From a virus (taxonomy: Duplodnaviria; Caudoviricetes): 64,000 nucleotides of DNA. Position 1 is the stretch's first letter. Each line of letters starts with the position of its first letter. Made by a program: the position numbers and the translations under genes. Where the stretch lies: IMG/VR virus record IMGVR_UViG_3300031673_000001, one strand, 5' to 3'. Positions 9,141-19,342 of this stretch are shown here, piece by piece. Below the pieces are notes generated by a model, which made no database searches, was not told the origin of the DNA, and worked only from the letters and a program-made list of their open reading frames with translations.

Positions 9141-10598
9141 TTGAAAGGAGATATTTTATTGCTGAATTTTGAAAAGGTAGCACCAAAAGAATGGAACTTA
9201 TTATATGAAGATGAAATTATTCCATTGAAACTCGTAGCTTCAACAGTGACAAATAAATATCAAATTGTCACGAAATTTATACAGCGAGTTGATGCATTTC
9301 ATGGAGAGGAGTTTAGTAATTGGTTTGTTAATTTAATAAAAGACTGTCAAGACATTGATAGAAGATCAGAAATTTTTGTCAATAATATTGATAAACTTAA
9401 ACTATATGTTGATCAATATATAGAATCAACACATATAGATTATGATAGATTTGTTGATATTACTAAAGCAAAGAAAAACTCAATTCTATTTAATGCGAAT
9501 GAAATTAAAAATATACTAAGGTTATCCTCCTATTTGAAAATTTATTCAATTATTTCAAATAATGAAGAGATGGCATTTGGTAAAAGTTTGCATAAACAGA
9601 TTTATAATAAACTTGCAACTAATGTTATTGAAACAGATATAGCATCAAAATTATTTGATGTTATCAAAACAAAAACATTTAGATATAATCTTTCAGATAA
9701 GTATATGTGGGACTATATTAAAAAGATTCAATGCAAGGATATTGGTTCTCATATAATTGAAATTTTTAATTTCATAATGAATTACATTATAGTATTATGT
9801 GAGGAAGATAAAAATCCAATTACTTATTTTGTTGGTGTCATTGATCAATCTGTAAAATGGATTCTTCGTTCTGTATATAAAGGCACTATTGTCTATGATG
9901 ATAGTATCTCAACTGAAGATATTCATGGAATTAATATAAATAACTTATTAACTTATAGTTTTAATGACACCCTTGGTAGAATAAAAGCAATGGCATTTGA
10001 AAAAATCCATTCACAATTGGAAAAATCAACTTCTCTAACAGTAGATGAAGATGCTGTAGACAAAGATCTGATTGAATTTAATAATCGTGTTGAACAAATT
10101 GAATATATTTCTCCTCTTTGCACATCATTAGTGTTTCCTTTATTAGCAAGGATGACTAATATTTCATATGTTCATTTTAAAACTATTTCTCCAGATCATG
10201 CTGCTATTCTTTCATACTACTTACATAGTCTTTTACAAAAATCATTTAAAGGAGAATATAAAAATTTATTATCATTATTGCAATATTATCCTTTAAGTCA
10301 ACCATCAATAAATACGACATATAAAATAAAAACAATACATGATTATATCAACATTCAAGATGACACACAAAATTTTTATGGGTTTAATACAAAGATGTTA
10401 CCTCATAAAATTCTATGTCATTTTATTGGAAGAGTATCTAGAATAAACTTTTGTCATCTTTTAACAGGACAAAAATTATCTGGTATCCCTCTTAGTAAGG
10501 TTGAACTTGATATGATTTTATTTTATACTAAACTATTTGCTGGTGAAATGGATCCAAAAATAAAACAATTAGTCCGTTTAATGAATCAAGATTTTTAA
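9141..10598 (+). CDS. hypothetical protein (485 aa)
   Basis: long ORF; start may be TTG 9141 or slightly downstream of the AGGAG at about 9146. Confidence 0.7.
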   Translation: MKGDILLLNFEKVAPKEWNLLYEDEIIPLKLVASTVTNKYQIVTKFIQRVDAFHGEEFSNWFVNLIKDCQDIDRRSEIFVNNIDKLKLYVDQYIESTHIDYDRFVDITKAKKNSILFNANEIKNILRLSSYLKIYSIISNNEEMAFGKSLHKQIYNKLATNVIETDIASKLFDVIKTKTFRYNLSDKYMWDYIKKIQCKDIGSHIIEIFNFIMNYIIVLCEEDKNPITYFVGVIDQSVKWILRSVYKGTIVYDDSISTEDIHGININNLLTYSFNDTLGRIKAMAFEKIHSQLEKSTSLTVDEDAVDKDLIEFNNRVEQIEYISPLCTSLVFPLLARMTNISYVHFKTISPDHAAILSYYLHSLLQKSFKGEYKNLLSLLQYYPLSQPSINTTYKIKTIHDYINIQDDTQNFYGFNTKMLPHKILCHFIGRVSRINFCHLLTGQKLSGIPLSKVELDMILFYTKLFAGEMDPKIKQLVRLMNQDF

Positions 10599-10680
10599 TT
10601 ATTAAGATTTTTTACGGAGAATAAAAAAAATGTTAAAAATAACAATATCTAAAATAATTACCTATTTTGTAGAAGATAAA

Positions 10681-10720
10681 AGTGGGGTTTCTAATTAAGA
10701 CTCCCCACTGAGTCTTTTTT
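10681..10720 (+). terminator. intrinsic terminator
   Basis: AGTGGGG...CCCCACT hairpin followed shortly by a T run. Confidence 0.65.
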
Positions 10721-10780
10721 TTAGTTAGATTTTAGAACAAAATACAAATATGGAATTGTACAGATATTGGAGGAAACAAA

Positions 10781-11227
10781 ATGGAAAATATAAAAATACA
10801 AGAAAGTCTTGAAGTAATAGATGAACTAATTAGGTCTGTTGCAAGAAATCTAGAACCACATGATACATTAAAAGCACTTCAAAGTCAAGATCTAAGAAAT
10901 AGACTGAGGGGGAAATATCCTAAATGTTTTCTTTCTGTTAAATCAATAGGCGGGCAAACTCCAGATTTCTTTCCTGTTTGTAATACAGCAGGAATGATAG
11001 ATCCGAGAGCTATTGAGTTATCTTTAAGATCGGTATCGAGATTAATGAATGATGATAGTGGAACATATGATACCAATGATTTATCTAATATGTTATCAAA
11101 GTTAGAGAGAATGAGAAGTGTTTATTCTAAAGACATAGCAAAACCACCCAATCAAGCAGGAAGAAAAGCAGTAGTTACAAGAATGATGAATCATGTAAAA
11201 GATCATTTAAGAACAATTAGGACTTAA
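10781..11227 (+). CDS. hypothetical protein
   Basis: 148 aa, GGAGG RBS, heads RNAP-1 operon. Confidence 0.7.
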   Translation: MENIKIQESLEVIDELIRSVARNLEPHDTLKALQSQDLRNRLRGKYPKCFLSVKSIGGQTPDFFPVCNTAGMIDPRAIELSLRSVSRLMNDDSGTYDTNDLSNMLSKLERMRSVYSKDIAKPPNQAGRKAVVTRMMNHVKDHLRTIRT

Positions 11228-11229
11228 TA

Positions 11230-14200
11230 ATGAAAATAAAATTTCTCGATATTAATAAGTTTATAAGAGGATTAAAACCCGTTACAACTGCTGAATTTAG
11301 AACTAGAGCTGGAGAATTTCATCCGGATGGTTTATTTAGTGAAAAGATATTTGGAGTTGAAAATTCTAGGGAAAGATCTCAAACTTATTCATATATAGAA
11401 CTCCATACGCCAGTAATCCATCCCGCAGCTTTTATAATCTTTAAAAGAATTGATAAAAAACTAATTGATTTCTTTTCAACTGAAAAACTTTTCACAATTC
11501 AAAATGATGGATCATATTTTGAATCTGAAAAGGGGGTAACAGGAATCAAGGAGTTTATTAAGGCGTTTCTTAATTTAAACTTTAAAGGGGGCACACCTGC
11601 TCGAGAAGCTTTAATTAAAGTTCTAAAACAAGGTGGTAAAGATGGGACATTATTCATTGATAAAATTCCAGTTATACCACCCGAACTTAGACCTGCATAC
11701 GAAGATGAGAATAAACGATGGATTATTGATGAACTTAATACTGTTTATACTGGTCTAATAAGAAAAGCAACTCAAATAAAAGGTGTTGGAAAATCTGGAG
11801 CATTATTTGATCTTCTAAATTATAATTTACAGTTAGCTGTTAATTCGCATGATGCATATATACGCACAAAAATTTCTAAAAAGCATGGAATAATTAGAGA
11901 TAAAATGTTGGGAAAGAGAGTGGATTTTTCAGCTAGAGCTGTTATTACTCCTGGTCCAAAACTAAAAATTAATGATGTGGGTTTGCCTGTTAGAATAGGA
12001 GTTATTTTATTTGAACCCTTCATTATACATTACATGCTTTATTCTAAAAGATATCCTAGATATGCAGAATTAGAAAATGAAATTAGAAATTATACTGATT
12101 CAGAACTATCAGTTGATACAATAAAAAGAGTTATGAAAGGAATTAAAGATGATGATAAAATTCCAGATCTCTTATATGAACTATTATTTGAAGCGTGTGA
12201 AATTGTAATGAAAGGCAGGGTAGTAATATTAAAACGAGATCCTGCACTACATGATGGTTCATATAGAGCATTTAATCCAGTATTAACAAGAGGATCAACA
12301 ATAGAAATATCAACAATGCAGGTTGGTCCATTTAATGCTGATTTTGATGGAGATCAAATGGCGGTTTATCATCCTCTTTCTCAACAAGCACAAAAAGAAG
12401 CTAGAGAAAGAATGATGCGAGGAGTTGGAAGTAAAAGCTCAAATGCAACCATGTTTGAAATTTCAAAGGAGATGAGTTTAGGAGTTTACTTGATGACCAA
12501 AGATACTAAACTAAAAACCTCTCCAATAGCAGTAACACTTCAAGATTTAGAAAAAGCAAATAATCCTTTTATTCCTGTTAGATTTAGAGGACATAATACA
12601 ACAATGGGAAGAGCTATAATAAATTCTGCTTTTCCTTCTGATTTTAAATGGATTGATGGTCAAGTCACAAAGAAAATTATCAATAATTTAATTCCTGAAA
12701 TTATTGATAAGTATGGAGATGATACTGCAGCTAATATTTTTACAGATATAAAAAATGTGGCATTTAAATTTGCAACCATCGGAGCTTCATCAATAACTCT
12801 AGATATGCTTGATATTCCTGATAGTATATTAAAATTGAAAGAAAAACTTACAAGTTCAACACCAGAAGAAGCACAAAAATTATTGAAAGAAATGGAAATA
12901 ATATTAAAGAAACATTTAAAAGATACAGGTTTGTATGAATTAGTTGAATCTGGTGCTGGAAAAGGATGGGATCAACCCATGCAGATTCTTGTTGCTAAGG
13001 GTATTATTGCTGATACAAGTGGTAAACTGCTTGAACCAATTAAAGGATCATTTTCAGATGGATTGACAAATATAGAATATTTTAATGCAGCTGGTGGTGC
13101 TAGAAAAGGAATGGCAGATAGAGCTTTAAATACTGCTACAACTGGATATTTTACAAGACAACTTGTCTATGTATTGTCTCCAATAGAAGCACATCCTACT
13201 CTAAAAGATTGTAAAACAAAACGAACAGTTCAATTAAGATTGACCAATGATCTTATTAAAAGAATGACTGGACGATATATTATCAAAGGTAGTAATGTAA
13301 TTCCATTTAAAAAATCAGACTATAATATAGGAGACGTTGTTAATTTAAGAACTTCTATTTATTGTGAATCTTATAAATTATGCCATACCTGTTATGGAGA
13401 TTTATTAAAACGACACAAATCTCCTTATGTTGGAGTGCTAACAGGAGCATCAATTGGAGAACGTGGCACCCAGTTAATTATGAGAACATTTCACACTGGT
13501 GGTGCTGTTAATATAGTTGTTCGAGATATTTTATCTGATATTATTGATAACGATCCATTGATTGAAGCATCTAAACAAAAACTTGGTCAATATTTAGAAC
13601 AACTAGATGATAAATTAATAGCTAAAAAACAGTGTAATATAAAAATTGATTTATCAACATATGAAGTGCAGAAATCTTATTTAATTGACGACGATAAAGA
13701 TTATGTTTGGTTTAATCATCTCATATCTCAAATAGAATTTGATGATATAATTTTTAATATATCTCTTGATTATCCAGTCCATTTATTTAAACAAAAATTT
13801 CAAAAAATTGGAAAAGAAACATTGACCTTTGATTATTCTGTTGGAGATACAATGATGGAAACACCTTTACAAACAACAGAAATTAAAGAAGAGGTAAATT
13901 ATATTAACAGATTGATTGGAGGTCGAGTAGTTTATAAAGATCCAAGTCATTTGTTACTAAAGGTTTTGAAAGTATATGGTGGTTCGGTATCCGATTTAGA
14001 TTTATGCTATTTTGAAGTATTATGTTCACAGGTATTAAGAGATAGAAAAAATGAATCATTGCCTGCAAGAATGGGAAAGACTTGGGATCCCGTAATGATG
14101 AATATTAAAAGCACAGTATTTACTACAGGTTTTATTCAAGGATTAGCTTTTGAAAATATAAATAAAGCTATTGATACAGGATTGGTTTCTGAACAGGATC

Positions 14201-14253
14201 TGCCTCCATCAATATTAGAGAAATTGGTAACAGGAGAGGAATTAAGGAAATGA
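11230..14253 (+). CDS. rpoC: DNA-directed RNA polymerase beta' subunit (set 1)
   Basis: PDGLFSEKIFG, LGKRVDFSARAVITP, RDPALH, FNADFDGDQM, RKGMADRALNTATTGY, TQLIMRTFHTGG. Confidence 0.95.
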   Translation: MKIKFLDINKFIRGLKPVTTAEFRTRAGEFHPDGLFSEKIFGVENSRERSQTYSYIELHTPVIHPAAFIIFKRIDKKLIDFFSTEKLFTIQNDGSYFESEKGVTGIKEFIKAFLNLNFKGGTPAREALIKVLKQGGKDGTLFIDKIPVIPPELRPAYEDENKRWIIDELNTVYTGLIRKATQIKGVGKSGALFDLLNYNLQLAVNSHDAYIRTKISKKHGIIRDKMLGKRVDFSARAVITPGPKLKINDVGLPVRIGVILFEPFIIHYMLYSKRYPRYAELENEIRNYTDSELSVDTIKRVMKGIKDDDKIPDLLYELLFEACEIVMKGRVVILKRDPALHDGSYRAFNPVLTRGSTIEISTMQVGPFNADFDGDQMAVYHPLSQQAQKEARERMMRGVGSKSSNATMFEISKEMSLGVYLMTKDTKLKTSPIAVTLQDLEKANNPFIPVRFRGHNTTMGRAIINSAFPSDFKWIDGQVTKKIINNLIPEIIDKYGDDTAANIFTDIKNVAFKFATIGASSITLDMLDIPDSILKLKEKLTSSTPEEAQKLLKEMEIILKKHLKDTGLYELVESGAGKGWDQPMQILVAKGIIADTSGKLLEPIKGSFSDGLTNIEYFNAAGGARKGMADRALNTATTGYFTRQLVYVLSPIEAHPTLKDCKTKRTVQLRLTNDLIKRMTGRYIIKGSNVIPFKKSDYNIGDVVNLRTSIYCESYKLCHTCYGDLLKRHKSPYVGVLTGASIGERGTQLIMRTFHTGGAVNIVVRDILSDIIDNDPLIEASKQKLGQYLEQLDDKLIAKKQCNIKIDLSTYEVQKSYLIDDDKDYVWFNHLISQIEFDDIIFNISLDYPVHLFKQKFQKIGKETLTFDYSVGDTMMETPLQTTEIKEEVNYINRLIGGRVVYKDPSHLLLKVLKVYGGSVSDLDLCYFEVLCSQVLRDRKNESLPARMGKTWDPVMMNIKSTVFTTGFIQGLAFENINKAIDTGLVSEQDLPPSILEKLVTGEELRK
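14174..14253 (+). repeat. 3' end of rpoC-1, repeated at 14760-14839
   Basis: about 80 nt direct repeat with 7 substitutions, 6 silent. Confidence 0.9.
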
Positions 14254-14735
14254 TAATTGAAAATTACTTATCTGAAATTCAGTCTACCAAAAAACTATAT
14301 CATATAGCTCAACAAGAATTAGATGGTAAAATAGTAAAACCCAAAATTCCAGAAAATCTTTTTACTAAATTAGGACTAGAGGATAAAACAATTCCAAGAA
14401 TTTCTTTTGCTCCTACTATTAATCAATGTATTACTGCAATAGGAAACAATAGAATTGAAGGATCTATCGAAAAAAGATGGATAGTATTTGAACCCTCTAA
14501 TTATAACACAATTAAAATAATATCAAATAAAGAGTTAATAAGAAGAAAGCTAACAATTGATGCAAAATATAGTGGTGAAATTTGGGTTACATCTACTATT
14601 GAATTTAAAGAAATTGGAGTAATTGAGGTAATAAAGAAAATTAGATTAGCATATGAAATTCAGCTTCCTGGTCACAAAGAAATATCTAAATTTTATCATT
14701 GGAAATATAAGGTCTTAGATGGAGACATAGAATGA
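14250..14735 (+). CDS. hypothetical protein
   Basis: 161 aa; ATGA overlaps on both sides. Confidence 0.65.
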   Translation: MIIENYLSEIQSTKKLYHIAQQELDGKIVKPKIPENLFTKLGLEDKTIPRISFAPTINQCITAIGNNRIEGSIEKRWIVFEPSNYNTIKIISNKELIRRKLTIDAKYSGEIWVTSTIEFKEIGVIEVIKKIRLAYEIQLPGHKEISKFYHWKYKVLDGDIE

Positions 14736-14839
14736 TTAAATTTCAATTATTAACACAATATACAGGATTAGTTTCTGAACAAGATATGCCTCCATCAATA
14801 TTAGAAAAATTAGTAACAGGAGAGGAATTAAGAAAATAA
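14732..14839 (+). pseudogene. 35-aa chimeric mini-ORF: rpoB-1 N-terminus joined to rpoC-1 C-terminus
   Basis: MIKFQLLTQYT (= start of 15278 ORF) + GLVSEQDMPPSILEKLVTGEELRK (= end of 11230 ORF). Confidence 0.85.
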
Positions 14840-15285
14840 TGGATACAGAAACAAAAGTCACAATAAATTTTTTAGATAAAAATCCAATAGGTCTAAAAAA
14901 CTATTTGCAGCATAGATACGCAAAAGAAATAAATCAAATAATGCAAAGGTTAACCTCATATTTTAATGAGAGAGTTGATATTCATTATACATTTGAAGAT
15001 CAGGAACCTGTATGGTCTTCTGATTTAGATTTCTATTTAGCAGATAACAAATCTAAATATCCTATTGCAAATGCCGGTAATAGAAAATTACCTGTATGTT
15101 TTGTTATAAATCCTCCATGTTATAAAAAACCAAACTTAGATGAATGGATAATAAAAGATGAGGGAATATATTTAGTTGAACCTTTTAAATCTAAAAAACT
15201 AAAATGGTTATATAAGAAAAAAGTTAATACCATTTCATGGGAACGATTATTTAAGAAATCTTTGGAGATTAACCTATATGATTAA
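14839..15285 (+). CDS. hypothetical protein
   Basis: 148 aa ORF between duplicated rpoC end and rpoB start. Confidence 0.6.
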   Translation: MDTETKVTINFLDKNPIGLKNYLQHRYAKEINQIMQRLTSYFNERVDIHYTFEDQEPVWSSDLDFYLADNKSKYPIANAGNRKLPVCFVINPPCYKKPNLDEWIIKDEGIYLVEPFKSKKLKWLYKKKVNTISWERLFKKSLEINLYD

Positions 15286-18200
15286 ATTTCAATTACTAAC
15301 ACAATATACAAGAGTAGTAGATGGAGTTCGTTTCTTAAAAGAAAAAGATAAACCATTTGCATTATTTTATTTCTCCGAGAATTCAACTCTATATAATGAC
15401 TATCCAAAGATGAATCTAATGAGAATAGATTCTAAATATGTAGTCGTTCCGATAACAAAAATTCCTGTTTCACGATTAACAGGAGATCAAAGAAAGATTT
15501 ATAAATCATTTGGTTTAATTCCATTTCAATCAAATCAAGCATATCCTCCAAACTCAAATATTATATTTGATACAAGTCAGTATGTTTCATTAATAGATCA
15601 AACATATAAACCAACAACATATAGACAAAGAGCAGGATTTCTTCTTAATAACTTTTTTTACAAATCATTCAATTCCCTTCCTAATAATTATCAAAAGGTT
15701 CTAATTTACACTGTTGATATTAATAAACCAATAAATTCGTTTATAAATAGAAAAATATTTCCTATATTAAGAAACATGAAAGAAAATGAAATTTCATTTG
15801 ATCATATGCTTTTAGGATTGGTCGGTGAGACATCAACTAGATATAGACTATTAGTTAAAGATAGAAACTATAAATTTGCAAGAGTTACTCAATATATAAG
15901 AAAAATTAAAATGGTTGATTCAGATGAAGAGAAAGAACAAGATGTTGAATCAGCAACCAACTCATTTGATGAGAAAGATTCTAAAATTAAAACAGCAATT
16001 CAAAACTATCTAAATAAGAATGATAAAGATCTTGAGAAAGTTTCTAATGATGAACTTGATAAAACAGAAAAAGATAGATTGACAATAGCTTCTATCTTAT
16101 ATAAAGTTACAGGAAACTATTCAAAATCTCAAAGACTTGCAAAATCTATACCTGACTCAAACATCAAAACTGCAGTTCAAAAGATAAGTAATTTATATAG
16201 AGATGATTTATTAACAGGTGAAAAAGCTGTTAGTCTTAGTGAGTCGTATATTATTCAAGGAATGAATGTTGGTAAAGCAGTCCAAAATAAAACACCAGAG
16301 CATATATTTGATAAAAGAAGAATCGACTTTGAAACAAATTTGAAAAAAGATATGTCCAGTGCTTTTAAAGTTTTACAAAAAGGAAATGTTCCTATTAAAT
16401 TCAATTCAATTAAGGTTACTAGTAAAATATCAAGACCTGGAGAACTTAAAAAATCAGACGTTGCAATTGTATCTATAAGCGTAACAGATGCTGCAGGAAA
16501 TGAGCAAATAATTGAATTTGAAATTCCTGAGATTGATCCTAACTCTGGAACTTTTAGAGTAAATGGTCAACGTAAATGTTTAATAAATCAAATAGTGTTG
16601 ACCCCTATTAGCTTTCCTAAACCTTATGATTCTAAATTTGAGAGTTCATATTCAAAATTCCATATCTATAGTAGGAAGACCAAGAGATTGTCGTATCTAG
16701 AAGCATACATGGGTTCATTCCGCCTCCCATTGATGATCTTGTTATCATATAGTTTTGGATTTGAAGAAACAGTCAAAAGAGTAGGAATAAAATATAAAAT
16801 TGTTCAAGATAGACCTGAAAAAGATGTAGTTTTTACACAGGTTCCGTCCTCATATATGATATTTGAAGGTTTAGATACTGATTTAAAACGAGAAATGGTA
16901 ACATCATTTACTCATAGTAACATCAGTCAATATAAAAATGATAAAGAATTTTTATCAAAAGATTATTTCATAGATTTAATTATTCAAATGACTGGAAGGG
17001 TTGACTCAACATATTTGATAAATAATAATATTGAATACATTGTTGATCCAGTTTCAAAACAAGTTTTAATCAATCAATTATTACCATATAAACTAGAAGA
17101 TATTATGCACTATATGGCATCTAAAGCTGTTGAAGGTTATGTTCAAGAAAGAAATGATATTCAATATCAAAGAATTAGAAATTCAGAAATTCTAGTTCAT
17201 TTAGCACAAAAACAATTTCTTAAATCATATACTGAATATAAAGAACAATATCTATCAGGAAATAAAGATGCAAAATTTAATTTTCCACCTGGTTCTATAT
17301 TAGGTCAATTTACTAATTTAGAGATTGTTCAAAATATGGAATATGCAAATCCAGTTGAAGAAATGGCAACCATTACAAAAATTTCTCCAGTTGGAAAAAC
17401 TGTTGGTGGAGTTCCTGATAAGGAGGGATTAAATCTTGAAGCTCGAAATGTTCATAGATCATATTTTGGAAATATTGATCCAGTTGATACAGCAGAGGGT
17501 GGTAATATTGGTATAACCCAACAACTAACAGTTGATGCATATTTAACATCTTCAAGAGGACTTTTTGGAATTAAAGATTTAAAAAATGATGAAGGATCTG
17601 GAATACTATCAACGACTCTTTCAATGGTTCCATTTATTGAAAACAATGAAGGTGCCAGACTTATCATGGCAGGAAATCAAGGAAAACAAATGCTGCCCTT
17701 GAAAAATCCTGAACCTCCTATTGTTCAAACTGGATATGAGTCATTACTTTCCAATGTTCTATCTGATAGCTTTATTAAGAGATCTCCATGTGCTGGAAAA
17801 GTATCAAGTATTACAAATGACTTTATTGAAATAAGTTGTAAAGAAAATTCTAAAAAGAAAGTTGATATTACACCAGGTCAACTAAAATCTGGATCTGGAA
17901 AAAATACATTGAGCACATTTAGACCAACTGTGACTGTTGGTCAATCTGTTAAAGATAAGCAAGTAATTGCAGAAGGAGCTTGTATATCTGGAGGAACTAT
18001 ATCATTAGGAAGAAATCTTGCAACATGCTATATGCCATATGAAGGATATAATTTTGAAGATGGTCTTGTAATAAATGAAAGATTAGCAAATGATGATAAA
18101 TTAACTTCCTTACATGGAGTTGATATTGAAGTAAAAATTGATCATAAAGATAGAATTTTACATATTATAGAAATGGGAGCTTATACTAAAAAAGGTGAAC

Positions 18201-19342
18201 CTTTATTAATAAAAACAGCAGGAGATATTGAAGAACTACTGGGTTATCAAGAACAGGAAGAAGAAGGAGTTGATGTATATGAAGGTCAAATTGTTATAAA
18301 AAGTCCAGGAGGACAAGTTGTTGATATTGAAGTATTCTCTAATCTTGATATAGATGATTTTCCTTCTATTAAAAAGTTAGTTAAAAGAACTAACTTAAGA
18401 CATAAAAAACCTGATAAAGATAAATATACAGATAGATCAATTTCAATTAAAGGAATATTAATTGTATTTAAAGTTGAACAAGAATTGAAAATTAGAGTGG
18501 GTGATAAACTCTGTAACAGATATGGAAATAAAGGAATTATTTCATTAATTGAAAAAGATAATTTAATGCCAAGAACACCTTGGGGTGAAACAGTTGATAT
18601 AATTATGAATCCTCTTGGAGTTACAGGTCGAATGAATATGGGGCAAATATACGAATTATACTGTGGTCTTATTTCTAAAGAAGTAGCAAAGAGAATGATA
18701 AAGTTGACCAGACCACAAGGAATTGCATTGATGAAATCTGTAATAACAAAACTTGATAATACAAAAGATAAGAAAATTAGCACATCATTAATTGCTTCCT
18801 TAACTAAAATGAGTGATGGAAAATATAAAGAAATGTTAAGTCAAGTTGAAAAGAATAAATTTATACCAATAGTTATTCCTCCATTTCAATCTCCTAATCA
18901 CAAAAGTATAGCGGAAGTATTAAAATTATTAAAACTAAAAACAGGATATAAATTAAAACTTCCAAAGTATAATACATTGACGCAAAATGAAGTTCCTTTT
19001 GGTTATGAATATGTTTCTAAATTAGAACATCTCGCAGATGCTAAATTACATGCAAGATCAACAGGACCAACAGCAGGAAAAGGAGGACAACCAACTGCTG
19101 GAAAAAGAAAAGAGGGTGGTCAAAAAATGGGTGAAGGTGATACATGGGCGTTAGCTTCTTATAATTGTCCAACAGTATTATCTGAATTTTTTGGTCCTAT
19201 GTCTGATGATTTTGCATCTAAAAATGAAATGTTATCAGAAATTATACAAACTGGAACAACAGATTTTAAGCAAACAAAAATGTCTCCAACTAGAGATCTA
19301 TTAAGTGCATATTTTATTTCATTGATGTTAGGAGGTCAATAA
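15278..19342 (+). CDS. rpoB: DNA-directed RNA polymerase beta subunit (set 1) with about 330-aa N-terminal extension
   Basis: FRVNGQRK, IDPVDTAEG.NIG, EGYNFEDG, GDKLCNRYGNKG, RMNMGQ, KLEH, GGQKMGE. Confidence 0.95.
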   Translation: MIKFQLLTQYTRVVDGVRFLKEKDKPFALFYFSENSTLYNDYPKMNLMRIDSKYVVVPITKIPVSRLTGDQRKIYKSFGLIPFQSNQAYPPNSNIIFDTSQYVSLIDQTYKPTTYRQRAGFLLNNFFYKSFNSLPNNYQKVLIYTVDINKPINSFINRKIFPILRNMKENEISFDHMLLGLVGETSTRYRLLVKDRNYKFARVTQYIRKIKMVDSDEEKEQDVESATNSFDEKDSKIKTAIQNYLNKNDKDLEKVSNDELDKTEKDRLTIASILYKVTGNYSKSQRLAKSIPDSNIKTAVQKISNLYRDDLLTGEKAVSLSESYIIQGMNVGKAVQNKTPEHIFDKRRIDFETNLKKDMSSAFKVLQKGNVPIKFNSIKVTSKISRPGELKKSDVAIVSISVTDAAGNEQIIEFEIPEIDPNSGTFRVNGQRKCLINQIVLTPISFPKPYDSKFESSYSKFHIYSRKTKRLSYLEAYMGSFRLPLMILLSYSFGFEETVKRVGIKYKIVQDRPEKDVVFTQVPSSYMIFEGLDTDLKREMVTSFTHSNISQYKNDKEFLSKDYFIDLIIQMTGRVDSTYLINNNIEYIVDPVSKQVLINQLLPYKLEDIMHYMASKAVEGYVQERNDIQYQRIRNSEILVHLAQKQFLKSYTEYKEQYLSGNKDAKFNFPPGSILGQFTNLEIVQNMEYANPVEEMATITKISPVGKTVGGVPDKEGLNLEARNVHRSYFGNIDPVDTAEGGNIGITQQLTVDAYLTSSRGLFGIKDLKNDEGSGILSTTLSMVPFIENNEGARLIMAGNQGKQMLPLKNPEPPIVQTGYESLLSNVLSDSFIKRSPCAGKVSSITNDFIEISCKENSKKKVDITPGQLKSGSGKNTLSTFRPTVTVGQSVKDKQVIAEGACISGGTISLGRNLATCYMPYEGYNFEDGLVINERLANDDKLTSLHGVDIEVKIDHKDRILHIIEMGAYTKKGEPLLIKTAGDIEELLGYQEQEEEGVDVYEGQIVIKSPGGQVVDIEVFSNLDIDDFPSIKKLVKRTNLRHKKPDKDKYTDRSISIKGILIVFKVEQELKIRVGDKLCNRYGNKGIISLIEKDNLMPRTPWGETVDIIMNPLGVTGRMNMGQIYELYCGLISKEVAKRMIKLTRPQGIALMKSVITKLDNTKDKKISTSLIASLTKMSDGKYKEMLSQVEKNKFIPIVIPPFQSPNHKSIAEVLKLLKLKTGYKLKLPKYNTLTQNEVPFGYEYVSKLEHLADAKLHARSTGPTAGKGGQPTAGKRKEGGQKMGEGDTWALASYNCPTVLSEFFGPMSDDFASKNEMLSEIIQTGTTDFKQTKMSPTRDLLSAYFISLMLGGQ

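Noticed and set aside
11230-19342. Bacterial chromosomal rpoBC locus
   Set aside because: Order is rpoC then rpoB, subunits are short and divergent, duplicated, lack ribosomal-protein neighbours and sit among phage structural genes
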